DNA of 64,000 nt, from contig CAJNYD010000223.1 of the NCBI GenBank assembly GCA_905331295.1, positions 1-64,000 on the forward strand, in the 5' to 3' direction. This stretch comes from Rotaria socialis. Its lineage: Eukaryota. The notes below the pieces were generated by a model. The model worked only from the letters and a program-made list of their open reading frames with translations, did not search any database and was not told the origin of the DNA. Position 1 is the first letter of the stretch; every line of letters begins with the position of its first letter. Below are positions 1 through 13,222 of this stretch, piece after piece. The translations under genes and the position numbers were made by a program.

Positions 1-357
1 CCAGACAGTAACTAAATCGAAATAAAAGTATATATTCTTGGTCAACTTTTCAAGCTCTATCAAATCATATATAAATAAACGAGAAACAAAATTTACTCCA
101 ATTCTGCTTTAGCGGCACCTTAGTTTCTTTTATTTCAATTCGGATTCGTTTTCGGTAAATCTGGATATTTATGAAGAAAATATTTACTTCAGATGCAATT
201 AGGAAAGAAATACAACATAGATTTTGTAATTAACTACTTGTACATCGTACTTCTTCCTGAAAAAGATTTTGCCCTTGACTATATTTAGTTTGTCAAGAGA
301 ATTTCCCAAAAGTGATGTTATTTACAAACTAAAAAACACACCACAGTTGATACATAC

Positions 358-892
358 CACTAGTAAGGCTATTTTAGAGTATCGATGAGCGACCAAATAT
401 ACAAAGCTGAGAAAAACAACTGGAATAAGAGATCGACTAATTTCAACACCGCGTGACGAGTATACGGAATTATTCGTAACTCCATTGCCAGCAACCGAAC
501 CAACTGTAGCAAGTACAGCCAGAACCTAAAAATAGATTCATTGAATGGATTCAAGTTATGATCAGAAAAATATATGGGTGCCTAAATATTTTTTGACTGA
601 ATATCTAGTCGTTCAATGTGAATTAAGTTGATTTATTTTAAATCGAAACAATTAGATGTTCAGAAGGTTTAGTCAGTAAAAAGTTATATTTTTAAAAATA
701 AGAAGACAGAGATGGATGTTCCTTGATAATCATAAGACAATTAGAACTTACGAGAATGCCACTAAGTAAAATTAGAAGAATTTTCAGAGTTCGTCGTATT
801 TCAGGATCGTCAGTCAATGACAATGGTTGCGAAGCAGGCATACAAGGACTATCAATCAGAACAGCGTTGTCCTTTTCTTGCGCGGTATGCAT
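358..892 (-). CDS. Four-TM membrane protein, tandem copy A (exon 1 752-892, exon 2 358-525; exons 3-4 lie beyond the window start)
   Basis: Exons of 141 and 168 nt with GT-AG boundaries, homologous to copies B and C; starts MHTAQEKDNAVLIDSP...DPEIRRTLKILLILLSGIL. Confidence 0.8.
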
Positions 893-3800
893 TTTGATTA
901 TCGGCTAGTTAATGTTTTGACTAAGCAGTTATATAATTTAACATTTACATATGTCGTATCGAAGTTACACCGGTCGACGAAGTTATAACTTCCACGCTCA
1001 TAGTTATCGAAGCTATAACTTCGACAGAGAAACTTGTCGAAGTTATTTTTAATTCACTTATTAATAAATAATTTACCAAATTGAATATTCTGATGCTGAA
1101 TGTATGATTAAAAATTAAGTTTTTTCTAACAAATACTCATTTATTTAACGATAGAGATTATTCATAAATTACGACAAAAACATGAATTATCACCTTAAAG
1201 TTTCTTCGTCTCTATTTCAGTTGGTTTCCAGCAAAACTTCGGCGATAGATCGAACTCTTGCAAATAACAAACCTTGTTTTATGTAAAATACAGCAAGAGA
1301 ATAAACGTTGAGAACAAATTACGTATGGTAATAAGATAATGATTAGTTAGTTTATAAATAGAATCAAGTCACGTGCAAACTTTTCCGTAATAAATACGTA
1401 TGTTGTTGATATCTTTAAGTTCAAAGTGGTGCCAAAAATACAAAGGTTAATCCAATAAAATTACNAATCTTATTTATGATCGATTAGAAAATAGTTTGCT
1501 AAATCTAACTCAGAAAAAAATTTCCATATCGTTCATATAATTTTATTTGCACTTTGATTTTCGAAATTTGTTTTTCTTTTCTTTTCTTCGCTCTCTTTTG
1601 TGTCTATTTTCTCTATCTTTAATTAAATCTATTATTCCAATCTCAACTGAATTCTCATGTCAACTGTAACATATATATAATTACGGAGAAGAGAGAAGAT
1701 GGGAAGAGGAAAGAGCAAAACAAGAAGACAAAGTAGTTCTTTGTTATTCTGCTGTATTCTAGTGAGCAACAATAAAAATATGTGATAACGATCACAGTAG
1801 AACACAACTATCAGCGGAAATGAGAAAAAAACTAGAATAAATATATGATGTGTGTAAAGAATGTTTGACTTATAGAACTCGACCGTCATACTAAGGTTCC
1901 TGGAAAGTTTCACTGGGTCAACCGAAAATGACTCGTATTTCAGAACCTGTTGCTCGTTATGTTGATGGAGAAATGTCGTCGGCATGTAAAAACTGATTTA
2001 AATTAAGCAGAATTCGTAGAATGATTATTTTTTAATAAAAGAGTAATTCAAAACATACATATAATTGTTCAGAGAAATAAAATAGATTTCGAACGCTCTC
2101 TAACCACTAAATGTTTCAATGAATACTAGCATACCAATTTATAGATATTTCTGTCTAGATAAGATCTATGAGTTTTTAGTGTCAATAAATATGACAATAC
2201 AACTTTAATTACTTCACAGTTTACCGTTATCCTGAATCATCGGCTATAAAATACGATTCAGCGAGCGGAAGCAACTTTTTCATATGAAATATATCTTTTT
2301 TTTACCTTAACGCCATTGAAATTCGACACGGATAGTGTGAAGTTTTAATCTTCGCATTCTACTTAACTCCAGCATTCAATCATAAGATTAGACCGATACA
2401 ATACAAGAAAATATTTAGTACATGGTAGAGTGAATATTTTTTAAATAGATTTCTAACCAATTAGAAATAGATCTCTGAGAGCTGCTCCTGTTCTTACTGA
2501 TGTCTCTATGAATTAGCAGTAATATAATCATCTTTTTGATTGTCGATAGTAAAGAATAAATGAACAGACGAATAATTTATAATGAAGGAGAAAGAAAACG
2601 GCATGTTGCAGTTATTTTATCTTCATAACTGAACATTGGAACTTTAATTTTTCCAGCCAATGAAATTAACACAAAAGTCATCAAGTCATAATGATTGCGT
2701 ATGTGAGATTCTATGGTCACAAACACGATAAAAATTTCATAGGAATTATCATTCCAATGTGATGCATCGAAAATAAAGAAAGAGCTATGTTTATTATACA
2801 ATGATTACATTTTTTTCGCCAATATATTATTGGTATAAACGCAACCAACAAAGCACTGTTCAGATTTTATTAAGAATCTTCGTTGAATGCTTTTCGATTA
2901 GCTGTTGAGTGAGGGGTGTGTTTGTAACACAAGTTGCAATCATCGCTTCTCTCTTTTTATATTATCTATCTCCTGAAAGAATACTGAAGTAGTGAATGAA
3001 GCCCTAAATGGCATAGTACCACGAAAATTAGTAAGGCTACTGATGACTCAAAAACAGATATTGTTCGACAGTGCAATCTGCGCAGATTCTAATACTAACA
3101 ATAATTTTGAATGGAACTCTCATTCTATGTTTTGATTCTTTTACAGTCGCAATAAATATTCAATGTTTTCCTACAGCCAACAAGAAATTTTATTTTTGAT
3201 TTCTATCAAAGCTCACATATTTGTTTTCTTGACACTGTCAATATTGGAGAAATGATAAAGTTGTCTCACGGATACTTTCATTCTATTTTGCCTTTTCCTA
3301 TTCTTGTTGTTTATCATGTATGCTTTCACTGACTTCTCTGTATTATAGTTACTTTTGTGTTCCATGTCAGTAACAGAATCACCGATATCAAGTATTTCAA
3401 TTAAAATTGTCAACGTGAAGGATAATAATACTATTCTTATTCATAATAACAATACTCTAGGTATATGCACTCGACGAAATCGAAAACCAAACTATATTCT
3501 AATGTTCATATTTGAATATTTTTTTAATCCAGTAGATCGAAGAAAATCATCTTTCTAAATTTAACTTCATTCTTTCAACTTATACCAACTATCAATAAGT
3601 TAATGTCATGATTTTGATCAATGCTTAAGCTACGTTTTCTTAAACAAATTTATATCTATCCTAGTCTCGAAAATGAATTAGATCATACGAAGGTTAAGGT
3701 TGATTTTTGCAGCTTGGATTGTAAACATTGAACATTGCTTTTGACCTTTGATTCCGAGCTGTGGTCAGATATGTTCTGATTTAATTCACTATCGAGCGTT

Positions 3801-5357
3801 GAACACCAGAAAACATTCAAAAACACTAACTACCTTGCAGCCTACAATGAATTTCCGAGCTTGCTTTCATAATTTCGGTGGACTGTTAATAGAATATCAA
3901 AGACAAGAAACCTCAAAAATATGTTTTATAGTTGACGATGACGTGCGTCAGAGATGTGAACTTGGTCAGCTGCTGTCAAAAATAATCATGACCAGACGAA
4001 ATGCATCTTAAAATAATTATTTTATTCCAATAGAAATTCAAAAATTTTAAAACAAAAAAGACAATTAAACGCAGTTTAATTACTTCTTTGGTGAACAGCC
4101 GATGAGTTAACTTGAAAATAATAATAATATCGTTTTACTGTGAATTCTTTTTACTATGAAGAAATACCTCATAAATTCAAGTTCAACAGGCGACAAAGAT
4201 CATGCATAATCCTTTTATACATTCTCGCCAACTTCAATTTCAATATGACCAGCTAAATCATCGTTATATATTCTCATATTTCATGTATTTCTACACCAGC
4301 TACAAATTTATATGCTTCACCGTTATATACTTTTCCCCTAAAAAACCCTTAACTCTGTAAGGTTTTTCCTTCCCGATCGCCGTATGAAAATGAAAGAAAA
4401 ATATTTTATTTAAAAGCGAAAAAAAACCTGTCTGCCATAGTTCAATAACTGCTTCTTTCCATTTGTTTTCGTCATGCTATACATATCTTTCTCATTAATT
4501 TTGTATCAGTCTCGATATGAAACTTTTGAAAATGGGATTATTTTTCTCAAAGAAGTATTTTTGTTTTTAACTGAGATAATTTTTAATTTCTATACTTTAT
4601 GAAAAAAATTTTGGTTCACAGCTATGAAATAACAAAATAAACAATCAGATTCGCTTTGAATAGTTTTTCAGAGTTTCAAATATAGTAGATATAAGTTAGA
4701 GAAATGGATTGAACTTTTCTATTTTAACGTTGACTTGCAGGCTAGACCCGGCCTCATACGACAAAGCCTAGCCTGCACTTGATAGTAGCCTCCTCAGTCC
4801 TAACCAAAGCAACAGTAGTTGTTTGCACATTGAATTTGACACATCTAACAAATTGTAGCGTGTTAACAAATGTAAACATAAAAAAGCATTACTTGAGTCG
4901 TCATTTGATGTTATAAAGGATCCAACGAGAAAAATAAGTGGATATAAATATTCATTTTATCCTCCAGATATTAAAAATCGTAAATATTTCGCAAGAAGCA
5001 TTGAGTTATGACAGCTGCAAGGGTTTTCTCCGATGACTATAGATTTACACCAAGTTGAACTCAACGGGTAGTTTTCGCATCAGTCCTTGTTTCTTTAAAG
5101 TGGTAAAGTACTTACCTTCTACCTAATCAATTAACAAACTTAAATCATTTGTTCCCGGTAAATCAATGGGTCGTATAACTTTTCGACAACCATCATGCTA
5201 TATGCTATTATTGTACGCGCCTAACAATCAGTTTAGATAAGTACTTTCACATTTATTTAGAGAGATTTCAATGAGAGAGAGAGAGAGAGAGTAAATGAGA
5301 AACTAAAAAGTGTTGCATACAACTGAAAATGATTGATATATGAAACAAAGCAAACAG

Positions 5358-7077
5358 TTAAATTTGTTGACGAAATGAAGACTTTTTGGCTTCGATAAGT
5401 CTTGCCAATTTGAAAGCAAATTTTACAATCACAATCTACAAAGTGAAATAAAAATGAAAATGAATGGAAACAAAAGAAATAAAAGACCTACTTGAAGAAT
5501 AAAAGCTGCAATGATAATAACAATTTCAACGAAGAAAGCTGTTGATCCACCAACCAGCATGCCATTGGTTTGACTATTATTAACTGAACTTCCATTAGTT
5601 ACAGAAGTCAAACCGGCAACGAAGAGCAGCACCACGAGAATACCATCAATAACCAATCCAATGATGTTCAGCCAAGCGAACTAAAAATCGGAAGTAGAAA
5701 TATTTTTATTGAGAGAGTATTCCTTGAGTATTTTGTTTTATTTGATATCGAGCAAATGTCATTTATGAAAATATGTGAACCTGGAAGAAAAACAACTTCC
5801 AACTATTTTGTCAATAAGTTGTTACAATATAGCCATGTTTTTGAAGACAGGTAAAATATATTCTAATGGGGGATCTCCGTTCACACTTAATCATAAGAAA
5901 AAGTATACATAATCTGTTAAAGCTTGTGATTTTGCCTTTGACTTCATTTGGTGAAAAAATAATACAACTATAATTCAGACCAACTCAATTAACAATTAAT
6001 TACAAAATATCATAACTTTCAATGGCTATAAGTGTTGACAGTGTCTCGATGATACTAAAATGGGTTGTATAACGAGTAAACGAAAAGTCATTGCTGGCTA
6101 TTTCAAACGGTCTCAAATCATGTGTGCATTCAATAAACGTGAACGTAAAAACTTTGTCAATATATCATAACTTTTGGAAAAAGTATTTCTCACCTAGCAA
6201 AGTTTAATCTCATGGAAATAGTTTCTTTTATTTCAATTGGATTCGTTTTCGGTTAATCTGAATATTTATGAAGAAAATATTTACTTCAAATGCAATGAGG
6301 AAATAAATCCAACATACATTTTGTTATTAACTACTTGTACATCGTACTTCTTCCGGAAAAGGATTTTTCCCTTGGCTATATTTGGTTTGTCAGGAGAATT
6401 TTCCAAGAGCGATGTTACTTATAAACTAGAAAACACACCGCAGTTGGTACATACCACTAGTAAGCCTATTTTAGAGTATCGATGAACGACGAAATATCCA
6501 AAGCTGAAAAAAACAACTGAAATAAGAGATTGACCAATTTCAACACCGCGTGACGAGTATTCCGAATTATTCGTAACTCCATTGCCAGCAATCGAACCAA
6601 TTGTACCAAGTACAGCCAGAACCTAAAATTTGAATACGTCTATAATATCCATAAAAAAATGGGTTCTTTGAATGCATATAAATTATTATCAAAAATTACT
6701 GTGTCCAAATATCATCTGAGTGAGAAGCGTATTGATGAATTTGGATTCAGGGGTTTTATTTTAAATCAAATCATATTTATATTAGTACGCAGTGAGTTAT
6801 CATAACGACATCATCATATACTTTGAAATTAAGAAAATTGAGTTTCAGTAAGTTTTGTATGCAAAAATAATGTTCTTTAATGTTTAGTCAATAAACATTG
6901 TTATTTTGTGATAATCATAAAACAAGAAGCACTTACGATAAGCACGCCAAGTATAATTCCAAGAATTTTACGAGCTCGTTTTATTTCAGGATCTTCAGTC
7001 AATGAGAACGGTTTGGAAACAGGCAAGGTAGAACTAGCCACCATAACAGCATTTTCGTTGCCTTGTTCGTATTTCAT
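5358..7077 (-). CDS. Four-TM membrane protein, tandem copy B, 191 aa (exons 6937-7077, 6455-6622, 5492-5680, 5358-5435)
   Basis: All introns are phase-0 GT-AG and splice into one ORF: MKYEQGNE...KILGIILGVLI/VLAVLGTIGSIAG...LISVVFFSFGYFVVHRYSKIGLLV/FAWLNIIGLVIDGILVVLLFVAG...FFVEIVIIIAAFILQ/IVIVKFAFKLARLIEAKKSSFRQQI*. Confidence 0.85.
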
Positions 7078-8103
7078 TTCGGCGATATACTCTTTAGTTT
7101 TTAGAATCAACAGAAATCAAACTAAGCCTGCACATGCTCGGAAGAAAAACAAATTGCAGAATAGTTCGTTGCTGTTTTTTATTTAAATTATTCAAAGTAT
7201 TCTTTTCAATAGAGCAGCAAAAAAGCCTATCATGGCGATTTTATTAGAACATAAGTGTGAGTAGAAGAAGAGAAAAACAAGTAGAACTAACATCGAACAT
7301 GTGTCAGCGAATGCGTGAATAGTGTAAAGGTTTCGAGAGTAGCGTTGTAAAAAGCTGAATATAAAAATGGCAAAAGTATAGGCGCACCTTATCGATTCAG
7401 CTACGTAATGCATGGCACATCTACCTTCGCTATTTCTGCTTTTTCAGGGTAACCCGTTGGACATGCTCGCAGCCTACGATTACGAAAGATTGACTAAGTC
7501 AAAAACAAGGAATCCTATTTCCGATACTTCCATTGAAAATATTGCTATAGAATGTTGATCCTGAGTTTTATACAGAAATATCTTGGCCAATGTAACAAAT
7601 GACATAAAAAGCAGGTTTTGTATCACAAGTCTTCTTTCATAAGAAACAAATATGATACATATATGTAAATATTCAGATAAATAAAGGAGACTTTGCACGC
7701 GTATGTTTACTATTCATTATTGATCAACGCTCTGTAAGTTTTTGATGTGTCAATGAATAATATAATGTAACCAGTATATGTTGTAAAAACTATTATGATT
7801 TGCTAGACTGAATGCAGAATGAGGAAAACTTTCTTTGTACGGTGTACTGAAAACTATTGATAGATATTTCTTTCTACGTATATAAGATCTATGATTTCCT
7901 AGTGTCAATAAATATGGTAATAGAACTTTCATTATGTTACGTTTAACTCTCACCCTCAATCATCGGCTGCAGCATACGATTTAGTGGATAATAATTTTCT
8001 GAAATTTTAAGCGGGTACTAAGAATCTCTTTTCGTTGAATTCTACTTAACTCCATCATTCAACCGCAAGATATAATGAAGGAGAGACTTAATACATTTTG
8101 TCA

Positions 8104-8337
8104 AGGGGTGGAACGGCGGACTTGAAGTAGAAAAGTAAGTCAAAGTACATCCTTGAACTAGCTAAAAATACCACTCAAGTAGTCAGAGACAAGAACAATT
8201 AGCTTAGCAGCTTTGCTGTAACTTAAAGGAATTTCAAGTAACTTCACATGAATTTGCAGTCAAAAAATACTCTGAAGTACACCACTGAAAGTAGCTCAAA
8301 GTTACTTCAAGTCCAAGTGTCCGCCTTTTCCACTTCG
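8104..8337. mobile_element. Degenerate MITE
   Basis: Imperfect inverted ends GTGGAACGGCGGAC / GTCCGCCTTTTCCAC, internal AAGTA repeats; absent from the paralogous intergenic copy near 2390. Confidence 0.5.
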
Positions 8338-9325
8338 AGCAGCTGGGCAGTGAGGATGTGCCTGTAAAAATGAATTTCTAAAATGTGTATCACGAGCCGC
8401 AGTCACTATTTGCCTGCTTTTACATTATCTATCTCCTAAAAGAATATTGAAGTGACAAATGACGTCATAAATGGTACAGTTCCACGAGAATTAGAAACAC
8501 TTTTGATGAGTCAAAAACGGATATTGTTCTATTTAAAAATTGTCCACTATTGTTCGACGGTACAATATACGAAGATTCTGATTCTTGCAATGCTTTTGTG
8601 TGGAGCTTCTATTCCATTTTTCAATTCTTTTACACACAACCAAGCGTTGTCACACCAAATATAAGTAATAAGCATAGCGAAAACGAAGTATTCATTATTT
8701 TCGGAACACGTTCTCGTCTAATGAGTGTTATTATTAGTCCACACCATATGTTACACGTTTGTGTACTCAAATATATGTGCAGAGAAATCTCAACCAATAG
8801 CATCTAATTAAAGAAAACAAAGACAATATTCACGTATTCGACCATGTGAATCGAATCCATATTGAAATAAACATTAGTTTAGAATGTAGGCGTTTTAGCT
8901 AATAAATATTATCCATCAATCTCTTGTTTCTATAATCTTCCGAGTATCCAGAATGGTAAATTATTAGGAAGTTGTGTTGAATTAGGAAAAATTCCGTCGT
9001 GTCTAAGTACTATAGGCTTACACCAAGTTAAATTCAATGCGTAGTTTTAGTATGATTCCTCGTTTCTTTGTCGTATTAAAGTACTTATCTCCTACATAAT
9101 TAACTAGGAAACACGATTGATTTGTTCCCGGTAAATCAATGGGCCGTATAACTTTTCGACAACTACCATGTTATATGCCACTGTTATATGGGTAAAGCAA
9201 TTGGTTTAGATAAGCACTTTCCAATTTATTTATGGAGATTTCAATAAGAGAGAGAAAACAAATGAGAAACTACGCAAATTTCGAATAAAATTTACGATGA
9301 ATAATGTATTTCACAAATCGAACAG

Positions 9326-12117
9326 TTAAATTTGTTGGCAAAATGAAGCCTTTTTGGCTTCGATAAGTCTTGCCAATTTGAAAGCAAATTTTACAATCAC
9401 AATCTACAAAGTGAAATAAAAATGAAAATAACTGAAAACAAAAGAAATAAATGATCTACTTGGACAATAGAACCCGCAATGATAATAACAATTACAACAA
9501 AGAAAGCTGTCGATCCACCAACCAGCATACCATTGGTTTGACTATTATTAACTGAGCTTGCATTAGTTAAAGAAGTCAAACCGGCAACGAAGAGCAGCAC
9601 TACGATAATACCATCAATAACCAATCCAATGATGTTCAGCCAAGCGAACTAAAAATCGGAAGTAGAAATATTTTTATTGAGAGAATATTCCTTGAGTATT
9701 TTGTTTTATTTGATTTCGAGCAAATATCGCTTATGAAAATATGTCAACCTGGAAGAAAAACAATTTCCAACTATTCTGTCAATAAGTTGTTACAATGTAG
9801 CCATGTTTTTGAGGATAGGTAAAATATATTCTAATGGGGAATCTCCTTGTTGCTATTGATATCTGTTCACACTTACTCGTAAGAAAAAGTATACATAATC
9901 TGTTATAGCTTGTAATTTTGTCTTTCACTTTATTTGACGAAAAAATAATGCAACTATAATTCAGACCAACTCAATTAACAACTAATTACGAAAAATCATA
10001 AATTTCCATGCCTATCATTGCTGACGGTGTCTCGATGATACTCGAATTGGTTGTGTAAAAAATAAACGAAAATTCATTGAAGGCTATTTCAAACCAGAGA
10101 TGCCAAAAGGCCCCTTTTCCCGGCCTGATCTGACCAGGCCAATCTGTTGCCTGTTCTGCAGGCATATATGAAACCAAAACCGTTATATGTATTTTTATAA
10201 CATATTCATTAGGTTCAATTTTGGTCATGATTAGGGGTGGCACTTTATCTTTACTTAACTTTGAAAAAGTAAAGTAAAGTAAAGTAAAATGACTTATATT
10301 AAGTTAGGCTTATTGTTCATTTTCTAGGCCAGCATCAAGCTCTGATAACGCTGCAGCATACAAAAGTGTTCATCTATGAAAAATGTGACCTTTTCATCAT
10401 TACTGTACTTTATTTTCCACTTTTTTTATGAATAAATCGTTCCAAAAATACTTTCATATGCTGCAGCGTTATTAGTGCATGATACTGGGCTAAAAAATGG
10501 GCAACAAACTCAACTTTATTTAATTCACTTTACTTTACTTTACTTTACTTTTCGGGTAAAGTTGTCTTACTTTACTTTACCGGGTAAAGTAAAGTAGCGA
10601 ACTTTACTTTAACCGGTAAAGTAAAGATAAAGTGCCACCCCTAGTCATGATGTTGAGGATTAATGTGATTATTTCTTTCTTTTCTTAATAGTAATAATAT
10701 TAAAAAGTTGTTGTATATATTAGAAAATAAAAACTCTCTGAATTAACATCACTGGCATTTCACATAAGAAACAACCACTATTAAACAATTTATATATATG
10801 AACTGTTATAAAGTAATAAAAGGTTAAAGCGCATTGACTACTTTGTCTTCGTTTCTTTGATTTAGCTTTTTTATTCTACCTTTAGTGATAATCGTGGGAG
10901 TAAATTCAATCCAATCATTATTCGCTTTCTTTTTTTTCTGAATTTGCAAATGGGTCATGACGATACTTACCCATGTAGCCGATAATGTAAAATAATGGGA
11001 AACTTTCCCCATTATTTGGAAGATAGTTCATGAAATAGGTTGCATTTTAATTACATTATGCACATTATTTATGAAAATAATGTAAAATAATGTCCATTAT
11101 TTTACATTATCGGCTACATGGGTAATACAGAATTCAGCAGATAAAATCATTCCAAGTCAATTTTGAGCAAACTAGACACGTTAGCCTGGCCTGGCCTGGT
11201 ATGCAAGCAGACCAGGCTGTCATTTCTGTTTCAAACGGTCTCAAATCATGTGTGTATTCAATAAACGTGAACATAAAAACTTTGTCAATATATCATAACT
11301 TTTGGAAAAAGTATTTCTTACCAGCAAAGTTTAATCTCATGGAAATAGTTTCTTTTATTTCAATTCGGATTCGTTTTCGGTTAATCTGGATATTTATGAA
11401 GAAAATATTTACTTCAATTGCAATTAGGAAAGAAATACAACATAGATTTTGTAATTAACTACTTGTACATCGTACTTCTTCCTGAAAAAGATTTTCCCCT
11501 TGGCTATATTTAGTTTGTCAGGAGAATTTCCCGAAAGCGATGTTATTCATTAACTAAAAAACACACCACAGTTGGTACATACCACTAGTAAGCCTATTTT
11601 AGAGTATCGATGAGCGACCAAATATCCAAAGCTGAGAAAAACAACTGAAATAAGAGATCGACCAATTTGAACACCGCGTGACGAGTATTCGGAATTATTC
11701 GTAGCTCCATTGCCAGTAATCGAACCAATTGTACCAAGTACAGCCAGGACCTAAAAATAGATTCATTGAATGTATACAAGTTATGATCGGAAAATTATAT
11801 GGGTGCCTAAATATTGTTTGACTGAATATCTTGTCGTTCAATGTGAATTAAGTTGATTTATTTCAAATCGAAACAATTAGATGTTCAGAAGGTTTAGTCA
11901 GTAAAAAGTTATATTTTTAAAAATAAGTCGACAAAGACGGATGTTCCTCGATAATCATAAGACAAGTAGAACTTACAAGAATGCCACTAAGTAAAATTAG
12001 AAGAATTTTCCGAGTTCTTCGTATTTCAGGATCATCTGTCAATGACAACGGCTGCGAAGCAGGCATATAAGGACTATCAATCAGAAGAACTTTGTCATTG
12101 TCTTGCGCGTAACGCAT
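9326..12117 (-). CDS. Four-TM membrane protein, tandem copy C, 191 aa (exons 11977-12117, 11583-11750, 9460-9648, 9326-9403)
   Basis: Exon sizes (141/168/189/78) and splice sites identical to copy B; intron 2 is enlarged by a transposon. Confidence 0.85.
10232..10643. mobile_element. hAT-like MITE nested in the 10095-11228 element
   Basis: TIR TAGGGGTGGCACTTTATCTTTACTT, perfect 8-bp TSD GTCATGAT, subterminal (AAAGT)n/(ACTTT)n repeats. Confidence 0.92.
10970..11122. mobile_element. CCC-ended MITE nested in the 10095-11228 element
   Basis: 29-bp perfect TIR CCCATGTAGCCGATAATGTAAAATAATGG with flanking TA. Confidence 0.85.
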
Positions 12118-12171
12118 TTCAATTATCTGCTACTTAATGTTTCGAGTAAACGGTTGTAAAATTTAACACAC

Positions 12172-12765
12172 NNNNNNNNNNNNNNNNNNNNNNNNNNNNN
12201 NNNNNNNNNNNNNNNNNNNNNNNNNNNNNNNNNNNNNNNNNNNNNNNNNNNNNNNNNNNNNNNNNNNNNNNNNNNNNNNNNNNNNNNNNNNNNNNNNNNN
12301 NNNNNNNNNNNNNNNNNNNNNNNNNNNNNNNNNNNNNNNNNNNNNNNNNNNNNNNNNNNNNNNNNNNNNNNNNNNNNNNNNNNNNNNNNNNNNNNNNNNN
12401 NNNNNNNNNNNNNNNNNNNNNNNNNNNNNNNNNNNNNNNNNNNNNNNNNNNNNNNNNNNNNNNNNNNNNNNNNNNNNNNNNNNNNNNNNNNNNNNNNNNN
12501 NNNNNNNNNNNNNNNNNNNNNNNNNNNNNNNNNNNNNNNNNNNNNNNNNNNNNNNNNNNNNNNNNNNNNNNNNNNNNNNNNNNNNNNNNNNNNNNNNNNN
12601 NNNNNNNNNNNNNNNNNNNNNNNNNNNNNNNNNNNNNNNNNNNNNNNNNNNNNNNNNNNNNNNNNNNNNNNNNNNNNNNNNNNNNNNNNNNNNNNNNNNN
12701 NNNNNNNNNNNNNNNNNNNNNNNNNNNNNNNNNNNNNNNNNNNNNNNNNNNNNNNNNNNNNNNNN
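12172..12765. other. Assembly gap (N run)
   Basis: Run of N. Confidence 1.
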
Positions 12766-13222
12766 AAAGTAAAGTAAAGTAAAGTAAAGTTACTTGTATT
12801 AAGTTAGGCTTATTGTTCATTTTCTAGGCCAGCATCAAGCTCTGATAACGCTGCAGCATACAAAAGTGTTCATCTATGAAAAATGTGACCTTTTCATCAT
12901 TACTGTACTTTATTTTCCACTTTTTTTATGAATAAATCGTTCCAAAAATACTTTCATATGCTGCAGCGTTATTAGTGCATGATACTGGGCTAAAAAATGG
13001 GCAAAAAACTCAACTTTATTTAATTCACTTTACTTTACTTTACTTTACTTTACTTTTCGAGTAAAGTTGACTTACTTTACTTTACTTTACTTCTCGGGTA
13101 AAGTTGACTTACTTTACTTTACTTTACTTCTCGGGTAAAGTTGACTTACTTTACTTTACCGGGTAAAGTACAGTAGCGAACTTTACTTTAACCGGTAAAG
13201 TAAAGATAAAGTGCCACCCCTA
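12766..13222. mobile_element. Second near-identical copy of the TAGGGGTGGCAC MITE (left end in the gap)
   Basis: Nearly identical to 10270-10643, ends AAAGTGCCACCCCTA, with extra ACTTT repeat units. Confidence 0.9.

Larger units (their letters stand above)
10095..11228. mobile_element. Non-autonomous hAT-like element in intron 2 of copy C
   Basis: Perfect 8-bp TSD TTTCAAAC (10087-10094 and 11229-11236); ends CAGAGATGCC / GTCATTTCTG; empty site visible in copy B near 6101. Confidence 0.9.
121..12170. repeat. Tandem segmental duplication, about 5-6 kb units
   Basis: 121-930 ~ 11346-12170 ~ 6218-7110; 5040-6230 ~ 9015-10094 plus 11229-11345; intergenic 2110-2390 ~ 7840-8070 and 2960-3140 ~ 8425-8635; 1636-1668 ~ 13882-13915. 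Confidence 0.9.

Noticed and set aside
369..554. ORFs 369-554 and 11594-11779 as standalone genes
   Set aside because: Wrong-frame readings of exon 2 of the four-TM gene.
949..1050. TCGAAGTTA repeats upstream of copy A
   Set aside because: Probably one end of a transposon; I found no matching second end or TSD, so it is not delimited.
12134..12820. 228-aa ORF
   Set aside because: Artefact of translating through the N gap.
13028..13200. (ACTTT)n as telomeric or satellite repeat
   Set aside because: Part of the MITE's subterminal region; also present in the copy at 10232-10643.
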